Source: Archangiaceae bacterium (GTDB lineage: Bacteria; Myxococcota; Myxococcia; Myxococcales; Myxococcaceae). Taken from it: a DNA stretch of 21,655 bases. How positions within the stretch are numbered: the first letter of the stretch is position 1; every line of letters begins with the position of its first letter. The notes beneath the pieces are model-generated. The model ran no database searches. It saw only the letters and a list, made by a program, of their open reading frames with translations, and had not been told where the DNA came from. Position numbers and translations under genes: made by a program. The stretch lies in NCBI GenBank assembly GCA_043750125.1, contig JAYVCD010000174.1, positions 1 to 21,655 of the forward strand, given 5' to 3'. Below, one piece after another: positions 7,388 to 15,255 of this stretch.

Positions 7388-9634
7388 TCAGCGCGGCCGC
7401 ACCGTCAAATAGGACGGCGGCCACGAGAAGGCATCGACGCGCTCGGCCTGCGCGTGCCGAGCCGTGAGGTAGGGGTCGGACAGGTGCTCGCGGGCAATCG
7501 CACACAAGTCCGCCCGGCCCGACGCGATGATGCTGTTGACGTGGTCGGCGCTGAGAATCGCTCCGACCGCCATGGTGGGAATGCCCGCGCCGAACCGCAC
7601 CGCTTCGCAAAACGGCACCTGGTACATCCGGCCGTACTCCGGTTTTGATTCGGGCACGTTTCCCGCGGTGGACACGTCGATCAGATCGCAGCCGTGGGCC
7701 TTGAAGACCTTCGAGAGCTCGACCGCGTCCTCGACCGTCATCCCTTCCTCCCCCAACCAGTCGGTGGCGGAAATCCGGATTCCCAACGGCTTGTCTTTGG
7801 GCCAGGCGGCCCGCACCGCGTCGAACACTTCGAGCGGAAAGCGAATCCGGTTCTCGAGCGAGCCGCCATAGCGGTCGGCTCGCCGATTCGACTGCGGGCT
7901 CAAGAAGCTCGAGAGCAGGTAGCCGTGCGCGGCGTGGAGCTCGATGAAATCAAAGCCCGCCGCGTCCGCGCGCCGGGTCGCCGCCACGAAATCAGCGGTC
8001 ACCTGGGCGAAGTCCGGCGCTTCCATCTGCCGGGGGGCAGGCCAACCTTTCGCAAACGGAATCGGCGAAGGGCCGAGGGTTTCCCAGGCTCCCTGCTGCG
8101 CGGACAGGGGCGCATCGCCTTCCCACGGAAGGGAACAGGACCCCTTGCGGCCGGCGTGGGCGAGCTGAATCCCGACCTTCGCGAAGCTCTTCGAATGAAT
8201 GAAGTCCACCACCCGCTTCCAGGCGTGCTGGTGGGTCTGGTTCCACAGGCCCGCGCAGCCGTAGGTGATTCGGCCCTCGGGCGAAACGTCGGTCATCTCG
8301 GTCATCACCAGCCCGGCCCCGCCCACCGCGCGGCTGCCCAGGTGGACCACGTGCCAGTCGTCGACCGTCCCGTCGGTGGCCAGGTATTGGCACATCGAAG
8401 AGACCACCACCCGGTCGCGCACCGTCATCCCCCGAAGCTTCAGCGGAGCAAACAGGGGCGGCGGCGCGCTTCCATCTTCCCGGCGGGGGGTGCCGGCGTG
8501 GTCTGCGAACCACCCGTCGACCGCTTTGACCAGCTGCGGATCTCGAGCCCGCAGATTTTCCCAGGTGATGCGGCGGCTGCGGGTGAGCAGGTTGAAGGTG
8601 AACTGAAGCGGAGACTGCTCGAGGTAGCGCGCCGAGTTTTCGAACCACTCGAGGCTGGTCTGCGCGGCCCGCTGCAGCTTCAGCGTCTGCAGCTGCCGTT
8701 CTTCCTGGTACGCGGCGAGCGCCGAAGGCAACGCGCTCTTCTCGGGGCCGTGCTTCTTGAAGGCGGCCGCGAGCGCAATTGCATCTTCCATCGCCAGCTT
8801 CGTGCCGCTGCCGATCGAGAAGTGGGCGGTGTGCGCCGCGTCGCCCATCAGCACCACGTTCTGGTGGTACCACTGCTCGCAGGCAATGGTGGGGAACGTG
8901 CGCCAGATCGACTTATTGGCCAGCAGGCGGTGACCGCCCAACTCCTCGGCGAACATTTTCTCGAGGAAGGCGACGCTCTCTTCTTCGGTCTTGGTGTCGA
9001 GCCCGGCCTTCTTCCACACCTCTTCCCGACACTCGACGATCCAGGTCGAGAGCCCGTCTTCGAACGGGTAGGCGTGCACCTGGAACAAGCCGTGCGGGGT
9101 GTTCTTGAAGACGAAGGTGAACGCCTTGAGCGGCTTATCGGTGCCGAGCCAGGTGAACTTGCAGCGGCGCCAATCGATGGTGGGCTTGAAGACCGCGGCG
9201 TATTTCTCGCGCATCAAGCTGTGGACTCCGTCGGCGACGACGACGAGGTCTGCCGGGGGAAGGGTTTCGGCAGTGACCTCGCTTTGAAAGACGAGCTTCA
9301 CTCCGACCTGCCGACAGCGCTCTTGAAGAATCAGCAGCAACTGGCGCCGTGAGAGGCCGCAGAAGCCGTGGCCGGTCGAGGTAACGCAGGTCCCGGCGAA
9401 GTACGTCTCGATGTCGTCCCAGTATTTGAAGCTCGCTTCAATCTGCGCGTAGCTGGACGCGTCGGCTTCGGCGAACCGGCTCAGCGTCTCTTTCGAAAAG
9501 ACGACGCCCCAACCGAAGGTGTCGTTCGATCGATTCTTTTCGTGAACGGTGATCTCGCTGTCGGGAAACGCCTTCTTCATCAGCAGGCTGAAGTAGAGGC
9601 CCGAAGGGCCCGCGCCGATGCAGAGGATCTTCAT
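7388..9634 (-). CDS. Bifunctional aryl-CoA monooxygenase/reductase (anthraniloyl-CoA monooxygenase AbmA / salicylyl-CoA 5-hydroxylase family)
   Basis: N-terminal FAD monooxygenase: IGAGPSG, DTFGWGVVFS, VADG, GDAAHTAHFSIGSGTKLAMEDA. C-terminal Old Yellow Enzyme domain: SSMCQY, QLAHAGRK, ELHAAHGYLLSSFLSP, YGGSLENR. Confidence 0.93.
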   Translation of the reverse strand: MKILCIGAGPSGLYFSLLMKKAFPDSEITVHEKNRSNDTFGWGVVFSKETLSRFAEADASSYAQIEASFKYWDDIETYFAGTCVTSTGHGFCGLSRRQLLLILQERCRQVGVKLVFQSEVTAETLPPADLVVVADGVHSLMREKYAAVFKPTIDWRRCKFTWLGTDKPLKAFTFVFKNTPHGLFQVHAYPFEDGLSTWIVECREEVWKKAGLDTKTEEESVAFLEKMFAEELGGHRLLANKSIWRTFPTIACEQWYHQNVVLMGDAAHTAHFSIGSGTKLAMEDAIALAAAFKKHGPEKSALPSALAAYQEERQLQTLKLQRAAQTSLEWFENSARYLEQSPLQFTFNLLTRSRRITWENLRARDPQLVKAVDGWFADHAGTPRREDGSAPPPLFAPLKLRGMTVRDRVVVSSMCQYLATDGTVDDWHVVHLGSRAVGGAGLVMTEMTDVSPEGRITYGCAGLWNQTHQHAWKRVVDFIHSKSFAKVGIQLAHAGRKGSCSLPWEGDAPLSAQQGAWETLGPSPIPFAKGWPAPRQMEAPDFAQVTADFVAATRRADAAGFDFIELHAAHGYLLSSFLSPQSNRRADRYGGSLENRIRFPLEVFDAVRAAWPKDKPLGIRISATDWLGEEGMTVEDAVELSKVFKAHGCDLIDVSTAGNVPESKPEYGRMYQVPFCEAVRFGAGIPTMAVGAILSADHVNSIIASGRADLCAIAREHLSDPYLTARHAQAERVDAFSWPPSYLTVRPR

Positions 9635-10905
9635 GAAGCCGTAACCGCCAGGTCCCGAACTGCGTAGACGATGACGCCGGCGTCGCGCCCTTTGACGTGC
9701 TCTTCGCCGATGCGGTCTCCGACGAAGCGCTTGCCGCCCTGCAGCCAGGTCTTTTCACTGGCGAGAATGTCGGTGCCGACCACCTTCGTCAGCCCTTCGA
9801 TTCGGGACGCGAGGTTCACCGCATCGCCGATCACCGTGTACTCGCTTTGATCCGAGCCCCCGAGCATCCCCGCGGCCACGATTCCGGTGTGCATTCCGAT
9901 TCCAATCTTGAAGGCCGGAATCCCCAGCCGCACCCGGCCTTCGTTGATCTCGATCATCTTCCGGCGCATGTCGACCGCCGCTTTGAGCGCCCGTTCGGCG
10001 TGGTCGACCTGATGGTCCGGCACGCCCCACACCGCGAGCAGCCCGTCGCCCAGAAACTTGTTCAGCATTCCCTCGTGGCCGCGGACGATTTGCCCCATGT
10101 GCCCGAAGTACTCGTCGAGAAATTCGAGGACGTCTTGGGGCGGCATGCTCTCGCTCATCGAGGTGAAGTTTCGAATGTCGCTGAAGAGCAGCGTGACTTC
10201 GCGCTGCACCGGCAACAGCGTCGAGCCGCCGCTGGCGAGGACCCGGTCGACCACCTGCCGCGGAAGGAAGCGCGAGAGATTGTCGCGCTGGCGAATGTCG
10301 CCAATCATGGTGTGGATCCGCTGGTTGGTCTGGGTGATGAGCAGCCCCAGGGCGAGCAGGGCGCTGCAGACGAACGGAGTGAAGACCGGGTGGGCCCACC
10401 TCTGGATGATTGCGATGGTCGCCACCGAGGAAATCGAGACCAGGGTGGACGTGATCGCGTGCAGCCGGCGGACGCGAGCGACGGAAAAAGCGATCAGCAG
10501 CGCGAAGGTTCCGGCGGTGAGCTCCGGGTGAGGCGGCTCTCCGATCGACTGCGCGATCCACGTCATCGAGAGGAAGAAGCCGGCGTCGACGAAGATGAAG
10601 ACGAAGGGCAGCCACAGCGCCTTGCCGACCTCGGCCCGCTTGATCCGATGGGTCACCACCAGGGTGACCAGCGTAAACACCGCGTAGATGCAGACGATCA
10701 CCGTGCGCAGCACACTGGGAGGGTGCGGGTGGTCCGTCAGCCGCGAGAGGATCCCGGTGGAAAAGCCGGTCAGCAGGAACAACACCATGCGGGTGATCGC
10801 CACGTTGCGCTCGCCCATCAGCGCGCCCTGCGCCATCACCTGCTCTTCGGCGTGGTGTTGCTCGACTCGGATCTGGGTGACGGTGACGCTCTTTTCCTTC
10901 GCCAT
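9631..10905 (-). CDS. Membrane-bound class III adenylate cyclase with ~6 TM helices
   Basis: LFSDIRNFT and NKFLGDG (two metal-binding Asp, Lys for ATP), GIGMHTG, EYTVIGDAVNLASRIEG (Thr, Asn, Arg). Transducer-like LSRFLPRQVV and six hydrophobic N-terminal segments. Confidence 0.93.
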   Translation of the reverse strand: MAKEKSVTVTQIRVEQHHAEEQVMAQGALMGERNVAITRMVLFLLTGFSTGILSRLTDHPHPPSVLRTVIVCIYAVFTLVTLVVTHRIKRAEVGKALWLPFVFIFVDAGFFLSMTWIAQSIGEPPHPELTAGTFALLIAFSVARVRRLHAITSTLVSISSVATIAIIQRWAHPVFTPFVCSALLALGLLITQTNQRIHTMIGDIRQRDNLSRFLPRQVVDRVLASGGSTLLPVQREVTLLFSDIRNFTSMSESMPPQDVLEFLDEYFGHMGQIVRGHEGMLNKFLGDGLLAVWGVPDHQVDHAERALKAAVDMRRKMIEINEGRVRLGIPAFKIGIGMHTGIVAAGMLGGSDQSEYTVIGDAVNLASRIEGLTKVVGTDILASEKTWLQGGKRFVGDRIGEEHVKGRDAGVIVYAVRDLAVTAS

Positions 10906-12581
10906 TACTTGCGCACCAGGGGGCGGTACTTGATCCGCCGCGGCATCAGCGCGTCGGCGCCAAGCCGCTTTTTCTTGTCCTCCTCGTAATCCTGGAAGTT
11001 GCCCTCGAACCAGAAGGCCTTGCTGTCGCCTTCGAACGCGAGGATGTGGGTCGCAATCCGATCGAGGAACCAGCGGTCGTGGCTGATGATCACCGCGCAG
11101 CCCGCGAAGCCTTCGAGCCCTTCTTCGAGGCTGCGCAGCGTCTCTACGTCGAGGTCGTTGGTCGGCTCGTCGAGCAGCAGCAGGTTTCCGTTGGCCTTGA
11201 GCAACTTCGCCAGGTGCACCCGGTTGCGCTCACCGCCCGAAAGGTCCTTCACCCGCTTCTGCTGATCTCCGCCCTTGAACGAGAACCCGGCGAGGTAGGC
11301 GCGCGACTGGACGATGCGACCGCCCAGGTCCAGCTGGTCGAGGCCGCCCGAGACCTCGGTGAACACCGAGTTGTCGCCGTTGAGCGCGTCGCGCGACTGG
11401 TCCACGTAGGCGATCTTCACCGTATCGCCGATGCGCAGCTCGCCCGAGTCGGGCTTCTCTTGCCCGAGCAGCATCTTGAACAGAGTCGTCTTTCCGGCGC
11501 CGTTGGGGCCGATGACTCCTACGATTCCGTTCGGCGGCAGCTTGAACGAGAGGTCGTCGATCAACAGCCGGTCGCCGAAGCTCTTGCGCAGGTTCTTCAC
11601 TTCGATGACCAACCCCCCCAGCTTCGGGCCGGGAGGAATGTAGATTTCTCCGGTCGACTCGCGCTTCGAGTCGTTGGCCTGCTCGGCGAGCATTTCCTCG
11701 TAGCGCGACAGACGCGCTTTGCCTTTGGCCTGCCGGGCTTTCTGCGAGCTGTGGACCCACTCGAGCTCGCGCGAGAGGAACTTCTGTCGCGAAGATTCGG
11801 TCTTCTCTTCCTGCTGCAGCCGCTTCTTCTTCTGGTCCAACCAGCTGCTGTAGTTGCCCTTCCACGGAACGCCTTCGCCCTTGTCGAGCTCGAGGATCCA
11901 CCCGGCGACGTTGTCGAGGAAGTAGCGGTCGTGGGTGATGGAAACCACGGTGCCCGGATACTCTTTGAGGTGCTGCTCGAGCCAGGCGACCGATTCGGCG
12001 TCCAGATGGTTGGTCGGCTCGTCGAGCAGCAACAGGTCGGGCTTCTCGAGCAGAATCCGGCACAGCGCCACCCGCCGCTTCTCGCCGCCCGACAGCTTGT
12101 CGACCTTCGCGTCGCCCGGAGGACAGCGCAGCGCGTCCATCGCGATTTCCAGCTTGCGCTCGATTTCCCAGCCGCTGACGGCGTCGATCTTGTCCTGCAG
12201 CCGCGCCTGCTCGGCGAGCAGCTTGTCGAAGTCCGCGTCGGGAAGCCCCATCGCGTCCGACACTTCGTTGAAGCGCTTGAGCAGGTCGGTGATCGGCTTG
12301 ACCCCCAGCTCGACGTTTCCCTTCACGTCCAGCGTCTCGTCCAGCTGCGGTTCCTGCTGGAGGAAGCCGACCCGGATTTTGGGATCGGGCTTGGCCGTCC
12401 CCATGAACTCTTTGTCCAGCCCCGCCATGATTCGAAGCAGGGTCGACTTGCCCGAGCCGTTGGGGCCGATGACTCCGATTTTCGCGCCGGGGAAGAACGA
12501 CAACCAGATTCCCTTGAGGATCTCTTTTCCGCCCTTCACCTTGCGGAGGTCCTGCATGGTGAAGATGAAGTTGTCGGCCAT
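10905..12581 (-). CDS. ettA: Energy-dependent translational throttle protein EttA (ABC-F)
   Basis: [10 protein letters not shown]...[21 protein letters not shown], two ABC cassettes ([16 protein letters not shown] and DEPTNDLD), WKGNYSSWL linker, RELEWV...ARQAK, C-terminal RIKYRPL, no TM segments. Start ATG 12581. Confidence 0.97.
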   Translation of the reverse strand: MADNFIFTMQDLRKVKGGKEILKGIWLSFFPGAKIGVIGPNGSGKSTLLRIMAGLDKEFMGTAKPDPKIRVGFLQQEPQLDETLDVKGNVELGVKPITDLLKRFNEVSDAMGLPDADFDKLLAEQARLQDKIDAVSGWEIERKLEIAMDALRCPPGDAKVDKLSGGEKRRVALCRILLEKPDLLLLDEPTNHLDAESVAWLEQHLKEYPGTVVSITHDRYFLDNVAGWILELDKGEGVPWKGNYSSWLDQKKKRLQQEEKTESSRQKFLSRELEWVHSSQKARQAKGKARLSRYEEMLAEQANDSKRESTGEIYIPPGPKLGGLVIEVKNLRKSFGDRLLIDDLSFKLPPNGIVGVIGPNGAGKTTLFKMLLGQEKPDSGELRIGDTVKIAYVDQSRDALNGDNSVFTEVSGGLDQLDLGGRIVQSRAYLAGFSFKGGDQQKRVKDLSGGERNRVHLAKLLKANGNLLLLDEPTNDLDVETLRSLEEGLEGFAGCAVIISHDRWFLDRIATHILAFEGDSKAFWFEGNFQDYEEDKKKRLGADALMPRRIKYRPLVRK

Positions 12582-12588
12582 GCCGCGG

Positions 12589-12617
12589 CAGATACGACGC
12601 TCGGCGAGAGGTGGCAA
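12589..12617 (-). promoter_or_regulatory. Candidate sigma70-type leaderless promoter for ettA
   Basis: Minus strand: TTGCCA, 17 nt, TATCTG, 7 nt, ATG(12581). No Shine-Dalgarno visible. Confidence 0.35.
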
Positions 12618-12673
12618 CCTTCTACGGTTTCGAAATCGGGCTCAGCGTCGCCCGGCCGTCCGGCCGATGGGCT

Positions 12674-15181
12674 TTAAGGAGTGACGAACTTCACGTCACC
12701 GCTTGCGTCAGCGTAAATCAGCCCCGGGTTGCCGCGGATGACGACCAGGCGAGGAGCGGTGGCAAGCGTCAAGGCCGCCCCGACATTCACCCAGGTCCCG
12801 GTGCAAGTCGCGCTCAAGGCGAGCTTGCGCACCTGGTACGGCCCGGTCCCTTCCACCGAGAAGAAGTTCCCCTCGCTCGCGGGGTCCGCGACGATCTGAC
12901 GCGCGAATCCCGGAGTCGCCGAGTCGGCGAAGCAATTGCGACCACAGCTGTCGTCGTGCCAACCGATGAGCGTCGTCACCGGAGCCGCATCGTTGATCTG
13001 CTGCACCGAACAACCCGAGGAAATCGCCGAAGCGGGCGGAGCTGCGGGTGCACCCCCCGGAAGCACGACCTCGCCTCTCATCTCGCACACTGAGGGCTGC
13101 CCCAGAAACGGCTGCAGGCATCCGAAAGTCTGAGATTTGATCCCGGTCGAAGGGTACTGGACGATCTCCCACCGCTTTCCACTGAGGTGAATGGCGTCGA
13201 TATTCGAGAGGGCCACAGGGACCGCCGCACGCCCTCCTCTCTCGTAGTTGCCATTGCGAATGAACCCAAACTCTGCCAGCCCGATCCCCTCGGCTTCGAA
13301 GGCGGGCGAAGGGATGAGGGCCGAGGCCTGAGTAGCAAGGGATGCGAGCGGCCCCGTTCTGTAGACGACAAAGCTCGTCGACGGGAGCGGGGGGATTTGC
13401 GTCATTCCCCGAATGCGCCACGAGCTGAGGTCGGCCTTCACCGTTCGCCAGCCGACCAGCAACTTCGAGATGTAGCTGAAGGGAGGGGCCGCGGAGATGG
13501 CTCCCGAGGACGAGCTCAACTCCAACCAACGGCTGGTGGTGGCGCTGTCCTGGGCCACCATGCTGATGACGCCCTCCTGGTCGGTGACCGCCCAGACCAC
13601 CTGCGAATATCCGGTGGCCAACGTCGCACCCGTCACGGGAACCCACGTCTCGGTATGCAGCCTGAAGCTGCTCGGCACCACGGGGTTTCCATGCAGGTCC
13701 GTCACCGCGCCGGTCGAGGCCACGTAGACGCTGTCCTTCGCAACCACCGGCACCGTCCACTTCTGGGGCGTGGTCCACACCCCCGCCGCCGCGGGCACCA
13801 ACGTCAACCCGGTGCCCATCATCGGTTCGCTGAAGTCGGCCGAGATCGCGCCGACGTGCATGCGGGTGTTGTTCGCCGGCACCGAAGACACCATCGTCGG
13901 CGCCACGCGATCGACCGTGAACGCGACGGTGGCGGTGCCGGAATTTCCCGCCCGGTCGGTCGCCACCAGCGTCGGCTGGTACGCCTTCGGATTGTCCGTC
14001 GGCGAAGTCGTCACCACCGTCGAGCTCTGCACTCCCCCGTCGGGAAGCGCGATTCCGATCGACAACTGCGAGTCGCCATCGGTGAGCGTCCACGCCAGCG
14101 GCACGTTGTTTCCCGCACCAAAACTTGCCGCGTTTAATTTGGCGTTCGCCGCCGGGGAGGTGACCGCGATGACCGGAGCGACGACATCGACCGTCAAGCC
14201 CAGTGTCGCGCGCGCGACGTTGTCACCCAGGTCGGTGGCCACCACGGTCGCGGTCTCTGCCTTGAAGTCGTCCCCGGCTGGAGCGGCGATCGAAATCGAC
14301 CACTGATTTCCCTGCACCACCGCCGCTCGAGAGCCCCCATCGGCAAAGTCGAGCACCACCGACTTCAACATCCGTGGCCCATCACTCACGGTTCCGCTGA
14401 GCACGCCGCCGGCCGCAAAGAACGCCGGCCCCAGCAGACTGCCCGCGTCGGGGCCGTTGAAGCTGACCGTCGGCTTCACGTTGTCGACGGTGACGAGGCT
14501 CGTCGCCTCGCACGTATGGCCCGCGCCGTCGTCGACCCGGAACACCAGGACATGATTTCCGCCATTGCTCGCCTGCACCCCCCAGCCAAAGGTGTAGTTG
14601 CTGCTGTCCCCCATCGGAGCCACGAACGTCAGCGCCCCGTCGGTCGAAATGCGCGGGTTGAGCAGCTTCAGCGACCCATCGGACGCGGTCATCGTCACCA
14701 CCACGGTCCCCAGCTCGTTGATCGTCGACAGGTTCAGTGGCGACGAAATCGCACACACCGGCGAGACATTGTCGACCTTCACATTGCGCACGATCTTCGC
14801 CTGCCGCCCCTTGCTGTCCGTGGCGCGAAGGTTGACCGTCGCGGCGACTCCATCACTGTGGGGCAGCGTCACCTTCACCGCGAACGCCCCATCGGCATTC
14901 AACGGGACAATCGTCCAGGGCTCGGAATTGACGCTCACCTCGACCTTCAGACCATCAGCGTCGTCTTTCGCCGCTCCCCTCACGTCCGCGGTCACGGTGC
15001 CGATCTCCATCGCTTCCACCGGCCCTTCGAGGGTCAGCGTCGGCGGGGTGTCGGTCACACAAATGCTGCTGGGTGAGCACCGCTGCTCAGAGGTGCACAT
15101 CAAACCGCCACACGAGTCGTGGGGCGAACAAGCCGAACCCAGGAAGACCAGTCCGGCAATCGCCACAATTCGCATGCTCAT
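12674..15181 (-). CDS. Ig-like repeat surface lipoprotein, paralog B
   Basis: MSMRIVAIAGLVFLGSA-C lipobox; CGGLMCTSEQRCSPSSIC mini-domain; four ~95-aa repeats ending in (AT)DxxG[NRH]-like...VDxxxP; a fifth repeat with DFSEPM...DLHGNP; ~320-aa C-terminal head. Start ATG 15181 or 15175. Confidence 0.88.
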   Translation of the reverse strand: MSMRIVAIAGLVFLGSACSPHDSCGGLMCTSEQRCSPSSICVTDTPPTLTLEGPVEAMEIGTVTADVRGAAKDDADGLKVEVSVNSEPWTIVPLNADGAFAVKVTLPHSDGVAATVNLRATDSKGRQAKIVRNVKVDNVSPVCAISSPLNLSTINELGTVVVTMTASDGSLKLLNPRISTDGALTFVAPMGDSSNYTFGWGVQASNGGNHVLVFRVDDGAGHTCEATSLVTVDNVKPTVSFNGPDAGSLLGPAFFAAGGVLSGTVSDGPRMLKSVVLDFADGGSRAAVVQGNQWSISIAAPAGDDFKAETATVVATDLGDNVARATLGLTVDVVAPVIAVTSPAANAKLNAASFGAGNNVPLAWTLTDGDSQLSIGIALPDGGVQSSTVVTTSPTDNPKAYQPTLVATDRAGNSGTATVAFTVDRVAPTMVSSVPANNTRMHVGAISADFSEPMMGTGLTLVPAAAGVWTTPQKWTVPVVAKDSVYVASTGAVTDLHGNPVVPSSFRLHTETWVPVTGATLATGYSQVVWAVTDQEGVISMVAQDSATTSRWLELSSSSGAISAAPPFSYISKLLVGWRTVKADLSSWRIRGMTQIPPLPSTSFVVYRTGPLASLATQASALIPSPAFEAEGIGLAEFGFIRNGNYERGGRAAVPVALSNIDAIHLSGKRWEIVQYPSTGIKSQTFGCLQPFLGQPSVCEMRGEVVLPGGAPAAPPASAISSGCSVQQINDAAPVTTLIGWHDDSCGRNCFADSATPGFARQIVADPASEGNFFSVEGTGPYQVRKLALSATCTGTWVNVGAALTLATAPRLVVIRGNPGLIYADASGDVKFVTP

Positions 15182-15200
15182 TGGTTTCCCCGCCTTCCAG

Positions 15201-15227
15201 AAATTCCGCTTACCACAACCGGAATTT
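15201..15227. promoter_or_regulatory. Perfect 8-bp inverted repeat, candidate operator or hairpin
   Basis: AAATTCCG-cttaccacaac-CGGAATTT in the 74-bp gap between the two paralogs. Confidence 0.4.
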
Positions 15228-15255
15228 GATCCCTCGGCCCGTGACCCTGCCCGGC

